Positions 39,552 through 48,043 of a stretch of DNA of 64,000 bases are shown here, piece by piece. The stretch spans positions 941 to 64,940 of the forward strand of contig CADADB010000015.1 of the NCBI GenBank assembly GCA_902786595.1. The letters are read 5' to 3'. The position numbers were made by a program, and so were the translations under genes. The notes beneath the pieces are model-generated. The model saw only the letters and a list, made by a program, of their open reading frames with translations, ran no database searches and had not been told where the DNA came from. Numbering within the stretch: position 1 is the first letter of the stretch; the number at the start of each line of letters is the position of its first letter. This stretch comes from an uncultured Bacteroidota bacterium. Lineage in GTDB: Bacteria > Bacteroidota > Bacteroidia > Bacteroidales > WCHB1-69.

Positions 39552-41378
39552 ATGAGAAAATTATTTGCATTGAGCATGGTTGTAGCGATTGTTCTCACGA
39601 TGAGCAGTTGCGGACTTGGAAAAATGGTCAAAAAGTACCCAGAAGTGACGGTTACTTTGGACAATCCTGATTTGGAGAACAAAGGTGGTGAGGTGGCTTA
39701 CACCATCAAGGGAACATTTCCGCCCAAGTACATGAAAAAGAAAGCCACAATGACGTTTACCCCGTCGTTGTCTGTTGATGGTCAGAAGGTAAACCCTCCG
39801 TTTGCCACTATTAAAGTGAAGGGTGAAAAAGCCAAAGGCGATGGCACCGTGATCCCTTACAAGACGGGTGGTACTTTCACGCAGAGCGGAACTTTCAAGT
39901 TTGACGAAAAGTATGAGACCGCTGAAATCGTGACGGGTGCTGAGGCCAACCTGAAGAAGAAATCGCACACGTTTGGCGACCGTAATCTCGGTGAAGGCAT
40001 CAGCAATACCAGCGCTCGCGCCAACCTGACTCCGAAATTGACGGACAACGCCAATAGCGGTACGGCTTTCCTGTTGGCACCTCACAATTACAAGCCGGAG
40101 TTCATTGGTAGAACGGCCACGCTCTACTTCGACCTCAACAGCGCGAACATGAACTGGAACAATCCTAACAACAAGACTCAGGCCGCCAAGGACTCCATCA
40201 AGGCGTTCACGGATTTCATGAACAATGATTATATCATCGACCGTGTGGTGATTTCCGGCTGGGCTTCTCCCGAAGGCGAGGAAACCAACAACCAGGGTCT
40301 TTCCGAAAAACGTTTCCAAGTGGGTAAGAATTGGTTCAACGACAAGTTCAACACTTACCTGAAGGATTATGCAAAGCGTAATAATATCAAGATGAAAGAC
40401 TTGCAAAAGCCGGTCTTTGAATATGTGAACAACGCCAAAGGTGAGGACTGGGACGGCTTTGAAGCTGCTATCGAGAACTCCAACATTCGTCAGAAGAACC
40501 AGATCCTCAACGTGGTGCGCTCACAGTCCAGTAACGACATGCGCGAGCAGAAAATTCGCGAGATGACGGACATTTATCCTGAAATCGCTGATGCCATTCT
40601 GCCTCCGTTGCGTCGTGCTGAAATCCAGATGATTTGCAAGAAGCACGATACCTATACCGATGCCGATCTCATCCGTTTCGTGCAGTCTAATCCGAACGAC
40701 TTCTCCATCAACGAACGTCTTTACGCTGCTTCTGTTGCCACGGATATGGCTACGAAAGAGAGCATCTATAAAGCGTTGATCAACAACAAGAAAACCGAGA
40801 ACGACTGGCGTGCATACAACAACCTCGGTGCTTTGAAGCTGAGCGAATATTATCAAAATGGTAATGAATCCAGTTTAGAGGAGGCGCTTAACTACTTGCA
40901 GAAAGCAGCAGCGCTTTCTCCGAACAACGGCATTATCCTCAACAATATGGCTATTGCCGACTATTTGAGTGGTGATCTCGCTGCCGCGCAGGCCAACTTC
41001 GAGGCGTCTGCCAACGCTTCCGTGCAACCGGTGAACCAGAACTACAACACGGGTGCCCTCAGCATACTCAACGGTGACTATACCAGAGCGGCCCAACTGA
41101 TGGGCGGCAAGAGCTGCGACTACAACACCGCACTGGTGCAGCTGCTGCAAAAAGACTACAACGCTGCCAAGGCCACCCTTGACTGCATCGATGAGGTGGA
41201 TGCCAAGACCGCCTATCTGAAGGCAGTGCTCTCCGCCCGCATGAAAGTGGAGGAGGGTGTCTATAGCAACCTTACCACCGCCCTCAATCTGGATCCTTCC
41301 TTGAAAGCGACGGCAAAGCGTGACGCTGAATTCAAGCGCTACCGTCACTCCGACCGTTTCAAACAACTGGTGAAATAA
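39552..41378 (+). CDS. Lipoprotein with central OmpA-like (ASPEG...LSEKR) segment and C-terminal TPR-like repeats
   Basis: Lipobox LTMSSCG; VVISGWASPEGEETNNQGLSEKRFQV; the C-terminal 200 aa are helical repeats (ALNYLQKAAALSPNN...). Confidence 0.6.
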   Translation: MRKLFALSMVVAIVLTMSSCGLGKMVKKYPEVTVTLDNPDLENKGGEVAYTIKGTFPPKYMKKKATMTFTPSLSVDGQKVNPPFATIKVKGEKAKGDGTVIPYKTGGTFTQSGTFKFDEKYETAEIVTGAEANLKKKSHTFGDRNLGEGISNTSARANLTPKLTDNANSGTAFLLAPHNYKPEFIGRTATLYFDLNSANMNWNNPNNKTQAAKDSIKAFTDFMNNDYIIDRVVISGWASPEGEETNNQGLSEKRFQVGKNWFNDKFNTYLKDYAKRNNIKMKDLQKPVFEYVNNAKGEDWDGFEAAIENSNIRQKNQILNVVRSQSSNDMREQKIREMTDIYPEIADAILPPLRRAEIQMICKKHDTYTDADLIRFVQSNPNDFSINERLYAASVATDMATKESIYKALINNKKTENDWRAYNNLGALKLSEYYQNGNESSLEEALNYLQKAAALSPNNGIILNNMAIADYLSGDLAAAQANFEASANASVQPVNQNYNTGALSILNGDYTRAAQLMGGKSCDYNTALVQLLQKDYNAAKATLDCIDEVDAKTAYLKAVLSARMKVEEGVYSNLTTALNLDPSLKATAKRDAEFKRYRHSDRFKQLVK

Positions 41379-41404
41379 TTTCTGAATACAATAATTATAA
41401 CATG

Positions 41405-41439
41405 TCGGGCGAATCTTAGGTTCGTCCGATTTTTTTTTG
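41405..41439 (+). terminator. Intrinsic terminator
   Basis: tcgggcgaa-tcttagg-ttcgtccga followed by a 9-nt T-run. Confidence 0.75.
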
Positions 41440-41476
41440 TTTTTTTTAGAAACTTGTTTTTGCATATTAAAATTTG

Positions 41477-41484
41477 TATTTTTG
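41477..41484 (+). promoter_or_regulatory. -7 box TATTTTTG
   Basis: TAnnTTTG match, 37 nt upstream of the ATG at 41521. Confidence 0.5.
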
Positions 41485-41520
41485 CAGTTGTTATTATATG
41501 TTATTCTAAATCCCTTGCGT

Positions 41521-42009
41521 ATGGAAAAAAATATACTTCTTTTCAGTTTTCTTTTTTTAATGGTGACGGGTATTTTTGCCCAGTCGGCCATCGTGCCTGT
41601 GGGTGGCAACGCCCAAAGCAACAGCGGCAGCGTTAGCTACACTGTCGGGCAGATTGCGGTGCAAACCGTGAACAGTGAAAACGGTTCCGTCTCCGTAGCG
41701 GAAGGCGTGCAGCAGCCATACGAGATATTGACCGTGGGTGTGGATGACTATCCGCAGATTGTCCTTAATGCCGTGGTCTATCCCAATCCTACCGAGAACC
41801 AGGCACAATTGGAACTCAACGGCTTCGAAATTCCCACGGGTGGTCTCCGTGCTATCTTGTACGATGTCAACGGCAAAATGCTGCAGACTCTGCTTGTCAC
41901 CGAAGACCTCACCCCTTTCCAAATAGGCCAATATGCTACTGGCACGTACTATTTGGAGCTTCGTGATGGGAATCGTCTGCTGAAGACCTTTAAGCTGGTA
42001 AGGAAATAG
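41521..42009 (+). CDS. Small secreted protein consisting of a roughly 70-aa N-domain + T9SS C-terminal sorting domain
   Basis: Signal peptide MEKNILLFSFLFLMVTGIFAQ. CTD VVYPNPTENQAQLEL...GTYYLELRDGNRLLKTFKLVRK. Start trimmed to the ATG at 41521. Confidence 0.75.
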   Translation: MEKNILLFSFLFLMVTGIFAQSAIVPVGGNAQSNSGSVSYTVGQIAVQTVNSENGSVSVAEGVQQPYEILTVGVDDYPQIVLNAVVYPNPTENQAQLELNGFEIPTGGLRAILYDVNGKMLQTLLVTEDLTPFQIGQYATGTYYLELRDGNRLLKTFKLVRK

Positions 42010-42139
42010 TCTCTCGCAGAGGCGTTTCCTGAATTGTCTTTCGAAACATCTCCTGAGTCGTGTCAGGAAATGTTTCCCTGATAAAATCGTCATTATTATC
42101 ACATTTTCAAGAGTTAATTATTCACCAAATACCACTGTT

Positions 42140-45100
42140 ATGAAAAAATTTACCGTTTTAATTGTCATGCTTCTGCTCTGCGTGGGAAGTCTCTTCGCGC
42201 AGGTGCCGGAGAAATTCAACTACCAGGCGGTGGTTCGCAATGCGAGCAACGCGCTGGTCACCAACGCGCAGGTGGGCGTGCGCGTGAGCATCCTGCAAGG
42301 GAGTGCTGCAGGCAATGCCGTATATGTGGAGAATCATACCGCCACCACCAATGCCAATGGATTGCTGACCATTGAAATTGGCGGCGGCACGGTGTTGGAA
42401 GGCAACTTTGCCAGTATCGAATGGAACCTTGGCCAGTTATTCCTGAAGACCGAGATTGATCCCGCGGGTGCCAGCAACTACACGATTGTTAGTACGCAGC
42501 AGCTACTGAGCGTACCTTACGCTCTCTATGCTGAGACGGCTGGCAACGGCTTCAGCGGGGACTACAACGATCTGACGAACAAGCCGACGATACCGCAGAA
42601 TCTCGGGGATCTGACAAATGACGCGGGCTACGTCACAATTAATGACGTTGCTTCATTAACCCAAACCCAGTCCGACTGGGCGCAGACGGACACTTTGGCG
42701 ATGGATTTCATTAAAAACAAGCCGAATCTTGATGAGATGGAGATGAAGTTGTGGGAAGATATGGATATCGTCCCGAAGCTGGATTCGGAATATCCAAGCC
42801 ATAACGGATATATCTCATCGTCAAATGCCTCATGGACATCGTCATCAACATATAAGCATTGGTTGGTACCAGTTGAGCACATACGAAAAGTTACTATTAC
42901 CGCAAATAGTAATACTGCATCCTATTATACGTTTTTCAATTCATACGAAGAAGACGGGTCAATTCCGACGACCACTTATGCCACGGGCTATAGCAACACC
43001 ATCTCCGTTCCTGCTGGAACGACGAAAGAGATTATTGTTCCATCAGACGCGTTATGGATGTATCTGAATACAGGCAACAACGGTGTAGCCAAGGCAGACA
43101 GCATCTTGTTAACTGGAATAGGTATAACGGAGCATAGAGGAACCTCTTCTCAGTTTGTGAAGGCGGACGGATCTATTGATACCAACGCTTACTTGACCGA
43201 TCATCAGGATATTAGTGGCAAGGCGAACATAGAGGATCTCGCGACAGTGGCCTTCAGCGGCGACTATAACGACCTAGCCAACAAGCCTATCATCCCTGGC
43301 AGTGGTGGTGTTCTCGTCGAAACAGACCCGATATTCTCCGCTTGGGACAAAAATTACAATGATCTGACAAACAAGCCGATTATTCCTACCGTTCCTACCA
43401 ACATCAGCGCATTTGTGAATGATGCTGGTTACATAACCGCCATACCCGACAGTTTAGGAGGCATCAGTATTGAATCCGATCCTGTTTTCAGTGCTTGGAA
43501 TAAAGACTATAATGATTTGACTAACAAACCCAATTTTGCGCCAGTGGCTACAAGTGGTAGTTATAATGACCTGACCAACAAGCCGACCATTCCTGCAGAT
43601 AACGATCTGGTTCACATTACCGGAGACGAAACAATCACAGGTAGCAAAAAAGTCACATCAGATTTCACAGTGAAAAGTACAACGACTTCTGGTGTGACGC
43701 CGTTCCTCACTTTCCAACGCGGAACAGCAACAGATAGTTATGTGGACTGGAAAATCAACAGTGAAGGCGGAAAGTTGCAGTTCTTTTCCAGCACATCCGG
43801 TACAGATACCAAAAAGTTTGATATAAATAATACCAGAGCACTGTTCGCCAACAACGTTGAGGCAGCGCAATTCATCAAGACTGGTGGCACCTCCTCGCAG
43901 TTCCTGAAGGCGGATGGTTCGGTGGACAACAACACCTATTTGACCCAACACCAGGATATCAGTGGCAAGGCGAACACGGAAGATCTTGCGACGGTGGCCT
44001 TCAGCGGTGACTACAACGACTTGGCCAACAAGCCCATCATCCCTGATGGCAGTGGCGGTGTTCTCGTTGAAACAGACCCGGTATTTTCCGCTTGGGACAA
44101 GAATTACAATGATCTGACCAACAAGCCGACCATTCCAGCAGCGCAGGTGAACTCCGACTGGAATGCCACTTCCGGGGTGGCCAAGATCCTGAATAAGCCC
44201 GCCCTTGCCGCAGTTGCTACATCTGGAAGCTATAATGACTTGACCAACAAACCGACTATTCCAGCAGCGCAGGTGAACTCCGACTGGAACGCCACTTCCG
44301 GGGTGGCCAAGATTCTGAACAAGCCCGCCTTTGCCGCTGTCGCTACATCTGGAAACTATAATGACCTGACTAACAAACCGACTATTCCTGCCGACAACGG
44401 TCTAGTTCACATTGCAGGAGACGAAACAATTACTGGTAGCAAAAAAGTCACATCAGATTTCATAGTGAAAAGCACAACGACTTCAGGTGTGACGCCGTTC
44501 CTCACTTTCCAGCGCGGAACAGCAACAGATGGTTATGTGGATTGGAAAATCAATGGTAACGGAGGTGCTTTGCAGTTTTTCTACAGCATGTCTGGAGATG
44601 ACACCAAAAAGTTCGAGATAAACAACACCAAGGCGCTGTTCTCCAACAATGTGGAAGCTGCGCAGTTTATCAGGACCGGCGGAACGTCTTCGCAATTTTT
44701 GAAGGCAGACGGCTCGGTGGACAATAACACCTATCTTACCCAACAAGACATTAGTGGTAAGGCGAACACAGCGGATCTTGCATCGGTGGCATTCAGTGGC
44801 AGTTACAACGATTTGGCAAACACGCCCACCATTCCCGCTGCGCAGGTGAATTCTGATTGGAACGCCACATCAGGTATGGCGAAAATCCTGAACAAACCTA
44901 ACCTTTCCGCTGTAGCCACCTCCGGTAGCTACAACGATCTGAGCAATAAACCGACCATCCCAAGTGACAACAATCTAGTTCACCTCACAGGAAACGAAAC
45001 AATTACGGGCGGCAAGACCATGACATCGGATCTTTCGCTAAAGAACACTGGATCTGCTGGTAATGTTACACCCTCCCTCACTTTCCAACGTGGAACGCTT

Positions 45101-46693
45101 ACGGACAGCTATACGGATTGGAAAATCGTAGGTGATGGTGGAGCTTTGCAGTTCTTCTACAGCACATCTGGCACAGCTACCAAGAAGTTTGATATAAACA
45201 ACACTAGAGCGCTGTTCGCAAACAATGTGGAAGCGGCAAAATTCGTCAAGACAGGCGGCACCTCCTCACAGTTCTTGAAGGCAGACGGTTCGGTGGACAA
45301 CAACACCTATCTTACCCAACAGGACATCAGCGGTAAGGCGAATACGGCGGATCTCGCATCGGTGGCCTTCAGCGGCAACTACAACGACCTGACCAACACG
45401 CCGACTATTCCCACGGTGAACAACGCCACGCTGACCATCAAGCAGAACGGCACATCTCTGGGCACGTTCACGGCTAACCAGAGCACCAACAAGACCATAA
45501 ACATCACCACCCTCACCGCCGACGATGTTCAAGCAATGATCAACGACGCCTTGAGTGAGATGCAACAACAGATGGACAGCCTGCAGGACGAACTCTCCAA
45601 CTTGCAGGATGCCGTTAGTGTGATGCCTCAAACCTATTTGGTACCTACTTCTGGCTCTAAGAGCGTTACAATTGACGAAAGAGTGGACCATGTGGATGTC
45701 TATGACTGGGGTGGACCAGATGGCAATTATGAAGATTCTTCGAACGGTTCGCTGACATTAGTGACAAGTGACGCTAACAAGGTGTTTAAGATAACAGGTA
45801 GTTATAAAATCGAAAAGAATTGGGATTACCTGGTATTATATAATGGTTCCAGTACTAACGAATCAAACACCATTGTGTTTTTATCCGACACGAACGGAAC
45901 AATTACAACACCTATCTATTCCACAGGAGATGCCATCACCATATTTTTCCATTCGGACGGAACCGTCAATAAAAAGGGTTTTGCGTTAAGTATAGATATT
46001 GTGTCCAAACCATCATGCACAGTTGCAAAGGCGGTGGATGTGGAAGGCAACTTTTACAATACGGTGCAGATTGGCAACCAGTGCTGGATGAAGGAGAACC
46101 TCCGCACCCAGTATTACCCAGACCACAATTTAATCGGCAGTGGTGGTTCCAACTCTTCTTCTACCACCGGTTATTACTATAACTATTCCTCCTCCTCACT
46201 TACGTTAGAGCAACGCGGTTACCTTTACAACTGGGCGGCGGTGATGCATGGTGCATCTTCCAGCAGTGCCAATCCCAGCGGTGTGCAGGGCATCTGTCCC
46301 TCTGGTTGGCATGTGCCGAGTGATGCCGAGTGGACGCAGCTGAAGAATTACGTGGGCAGTGTGTCTAGCTACCAGTGCAGCGGCAGCAGCACTTATATTG
46401 CCAAGGCATTGGCATCCACCACAGGATGGACATATTATAACCCATATAATTATTCTTGTGCCGTGTGTAATAACCAAACGTCGAACAACGCCACGGGTTT
46501 CAATGCTTATCCTGCCGGCTATTGGAACAACGCATTCTATGATAGTGGCGAAAGTACGTATTTCTGGTCCTCTACGGTATCATCTGGATCTAATACGAAA
46601 GTACAAATCATTTATAACGATGACAGTTTGGTGTATTCTAGTACTTCATCAAATAGCTATGGTCGTTCCGTCCGTTGTGTCCGCAATGAGTAG
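42140..46693 (+). CDS. 1517-aa repetitive surface protein: tail-fibre-like repeats + coiled coil + CUB-like domain + C-terminal Fibrobacter-succinogenes-major-paralogous (FISUMP) domain
   Basis: Signal peptide. 12 copies of the YNDL(T/A/S)N(K/T)P motif. 3 copies of a module of about 150 aa, (A/S)DNxLVHxxGxETITGxK...LTFQRGT...WKI...LQFF...GGTSSQFLKADGS. LTIKQNGTSLGTFTANQ followed by heptad-rich SEMQQQMDSLQDELSNLQD. The C-terminus has QCWMKENL, YLYNW, CPSGWHVPSDAEW, YFWSST and SVRCVRNE. No T9SS CTD is visible. Confidence 0.85.
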   Translation: MKKFTVLIVMLLLCVGSLFAQVPEKFNYQAVVRNASNALVTNAQVGVRVSILQGSAAGNAVYVENHTATTNANGLLTIEIGGGTVLEGNFASIEWNLGQLFLKTEIDPAGASNYTIVSTQQLLSVPYALYAETAGNGFSGDYNDLTNKPTIPQNLGDLTNDAGYVTINDVASLTQTQSDWAQTDTLAMDFIKNKPNLDEMEMKLWEDMDIVPKLDSEYPSHNGYISSSNASWTSSSTYKHWLVPVEHIRKVTITANSNTASYYTFFNSYEEDGSIPTTTYATGYSNTISVPAGTTKEIIVPSDALWMYLNTGNNGVAKADSILLTGIGITEHRGTSSQFVKADGSIDTNAYLTDHQDISGKANIEDLATVAFSGDYNDLANKPIIPGSGGVLVETDPIFSAWDKNYNDLTNKPIIPTVPTNISAFVNDAGYITAIPDSLGGISIESDPVFSAWNKDYNDLTNKPNFAPVATSGSYNDLTNKPTIPADNDLVHITGDETITGSKKVTSDFTVKSTTTSGVTPFLTFQRGTATDSYVDWKINSEGGKLQFFSSTSGTDTKKFDINNTRALFANNVEAAQFIKTGGTSSQFLKADGSVDNNTYLTQHQDISGKANTEDLATVAFSGDYNDLANKPIIPDGSGGVLVETDPVFSAWDKNYNDLTNKPTIPAAQVNSDWNATSGVAKILNKPALAAVATSGSYNDLTNKPTIPAAQVNSDWNATSGVAKILNKPAFAAVATSGNYNDLTNKPTIPADNGLVHIAGDETITGSKKVTSDFIVKSTTTSGVTPFLTFQRGTATDGYVDWKINGNGGALQFFYSMSGDDTKKFEINNTKALFSNNVEAAQFIRTGGTSSQFLKADGSVDNNTYLTQQDISGKANTADLASVAFSGSYNDLANTPTIPAAQVNSDWNATSGMAKILNKPNLSAVATSGSYNDLSNKPTIPSDNNLVHLTGNETITGGKTMTSDLSLKNTGSAGNVTPSLTFQRGTLTDSYTDWKIVGDGGALQFFYSTSGTATKKFDINNTRALFANNVEAAKFVKTGGTSSQFLKADGSVDNNTYLTQQDISGKANTADLASVAFSGNYNDLTNTPTIPTVNNATLTIKQNGTSLGTFTANQSTNKTINITTLTADDVQAMINDALSEMQQQMDSLQDELSNLQDAVSVMPQTYLVPTSGSKSVTIDERVDHVDVYDWGGPDGNYEDSSNGSLTLVTSDANKVFKITGSYKIEKNWDYLVLYNGSSTNESNTIVFLSDTNGTITTPIYSTGDAITIFFHSDGTVNKKGFALSIDIVSKPSCTVAKAVDVEGNFYNTVQIGNQCWMKENLRTQYYPDHNLIGSGGSNSSSTTGYYYNYSSSSLTLEQRGYLYNWAAVMHGASSSSANPSGVQGICPSGWHVPSDAEWTQLKNYVGSVSSYQCSGSSTYIAKALASTTGWTYYNPYNYSCAVCNNQTSNNATGFNAYPAGYWNNAFYDSGESTYFWSSTVSSGSNTKVQIIYNDDSLVYSSTSSNSYGRSVRCVRNE
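43595..45412 (+). repeat. Three intragenic macro-repeats (starts 43595, 44390, 44963)
   Basis: Nucleotide-level similarity is visible by eye across a core of about 450 nt. An additional partial copy lies at about 43138-43385. Confidence 0.8.
44132..44383 (+). repeat. Tandem 126-nt (42-aa) duplication inside the fibre gene
   Basis: attccagcagcgcaggtgaactccgactggaa... starts at 44132 and again at 44258, with only a few substitutions. A third diverged copy lies near 44831. Confidence 0.85.
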
Positions 46694-46720
46694 GACTTGA
46701 GATTGAGGACTTGAGACTTG
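46693..46720. repeat. Heptamer array GGACTTG/AGATTGA x4
   Basis: ggacttg agattga ggacttg agacttg. It starts on the last base of the TAG stop. Confidence 0.85.
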
Positions 46721-46723
46721 ATA

Positions 46724-46756
46724 AGGGCGTGGCCGTTGTGGCTACGCCCTTTTTTT
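46724..46756 (+). terminator. Intrinsic terminator after the fibre gene
   Basis: agggcgtggc-loop-gctacgccct followed by TTTTTT. Confidence 0.75.
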
Positions 46757-46788
46757 GCGATGAAGCGATGAGGCGATGAAGCGATGAA
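46757..46788. repeat. Octamer array GCGATGAA x4
   Basis: gcgatgaa gcgatgag gcgatgaa gcgatgaa. Confidence 0.9.
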
Positions 46789-46809
46789 ATTTAGATTAAT
46801 GACAAATTA

Positions 46810-46844
46810 CTGTTCACTGTTCACTAATCACTATTCACTATTTA
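46810..46844. repeat. Heptamer array CTRWTCA x5 (complement of the AGTGAAT family)
   Basis: ctgttca ctgttca ctaatca ctattca ctattta. Confidence 0.85.
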
Positions 46845-46857
46845 AAGCAAGAATTAC

Positions 46858-46865
46858 TATCTTTG
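46858..46865 (+). promoter_or_regulatory. -7 box TATCTTTG
   Basis: TAnnTTTG match, 49 nt upstream of the ATG at 46914. Confidence 0.5.
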
Positions 46866-46913
46866 CCAAAATATACAAACAAAAGACAGAATTAATAACT
46901 TTCTGATACAAAG

Positions 46914-47792
46914 ATGATTACAGAAAACAGAAATGTGGCTATCGCCTACGACTTCGACGGGACGCTGGCGCCGGGGAACATGCAGGAGTACAACTTCATC
47001 CCCGACCTCAACATGGATAAGGGGGAGTTTTGGCAGGAGGCCAATGAGATGGCCAAACGACACGATATGGACGAGGTGCTCGCCTACATGCACCTGATGC
47101 TGATCAAAGCCAAAGAGCAAAACCTTGATATTCGCGAAACTACGTTTATGAAATATGGGGAGAAAATCACCTTTTTCGAAGGGGTGGAAACCTATTTCGA
47201 ACGCATCAATGCCTACGCTGCTTCCCTGAATCTGCATCTGGAACATTTCATCATTTCCTCCGGACTGCGCGAAATCGTGAAAGGAACACGCATCGCCAAG
47301 CATTTCAAAACCATCTATGCCTCTGGTTTCCAATATGATGAGAACGGAAGCGCCTGCTGGCCCGCCCTCGGCGTGAACTACACCAACAAGACGCAGTTCC
47401 TCTTCCGCATTAACAAGGGCATCTACAACTCCTACGACAACACCTTGATTAACAAGTCAATGCCGGAAGACGAGCGCGCCGTTCCGTTCTCCAACTTCAT
47501 CTACATCGGCGATGGGGAAACTGACGTGCCCGCCATGAAGATGGTCAACCTCTATGGCGGCACCACCATAGCCGTCTATAATCCCAACTCCGTGCCCACC
47601 CCCGAACGCCCCGTGAGCGCGAAAGAGAAATGCATCAACCTCATCAGACAGAAACGCGCCGACTATATCGGTCCCGCCGACTACACCGAAAACAGCGAGC
47701 TGGAGGTCATCCTCAAAAAGGTCATCGATAAGATAGCCGTGGAACAGGATCTGCTGCACATCAAGTACAAGGAGATAGGCAATAGGCAATAG
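46914..47792 (+). CDS. HAD-superfamily hydrolase (hypothetical substrate)
   Basis: Motif I IAYDFDGTL and motif IV YIGDGETDVPAM; 292 aa. The last codons and the stop lie in a heptamer array. Confidence 0.7.
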   Translation: MITENRNVAIAYDFDGTLAPGNMQEYNFIPDLNMDKGEFWQEANEMAKRHDMDEVLAYMHLMLIKAKEQNLDIRETTFMKYGEKITFFEGVETYFERINAYAASLNLHLEHFIISSGLREIVKGTRIAKHFKTIYASGFQYDENGSACWPALGVNYTNKTQFLFRINKGIYNSYDNTLINKSMPEDERAVPFSNFIYIGDGETDVPAMKMVNLYGGTTIAVYNPNSVPTPERPVSAKEKCINLIRQKRADYIGPADYTENSELEVILKKVIDKIAVEQDLLHIKYKEIGNRQ

Positions 47793-47816
47793 GCAACAGG
47801 CAACAGGCAATAAATA
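47775..47816. repeat. Heptamer array ATAGGCA/ACAGGCA x5-6
   Basis: ataggca ataggca ataggca acaggca acaggca ataaata. It encodes ...IGNRQ* of the HAD gene. Confidence 0.9.
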
Positions 47817-47820
47817 ACGG

Positions 47821-48030
47821 TCGAAGGACCATATATGAAACCGGCAAGATTCAAACGAAGAACGAACATACTATCCATAAACTACCAAATCGAAAAAGCC
47901 CAAGTCCAAAAAGGGCTGAAAGCCCTACCCATGTTAACCCAGGGCGAACGCAGAGAGCCCTGGGAGTACAGAGGGCGAACGCAGTGAACCCCGGGAATAC
48001 AGAGGGCGAACGCAGTGAGCTTAAGAAAGA
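47821..48030. repeat. Composite non-coding module, copy B (inverted relative to copy A), with 2.5 x 31-nt direct repeats
   Basis: agggcgaacgcag occurs at 47941, 47972 and 48003. The hairpin agggctgaaagccct and tgttaacc lie at 47912-47939. The reverse complement of 47821-47939 aligns with 25753-25869. Confidence 0.8.
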
Positions 48031-48043
48031 AACCAAAACCACT

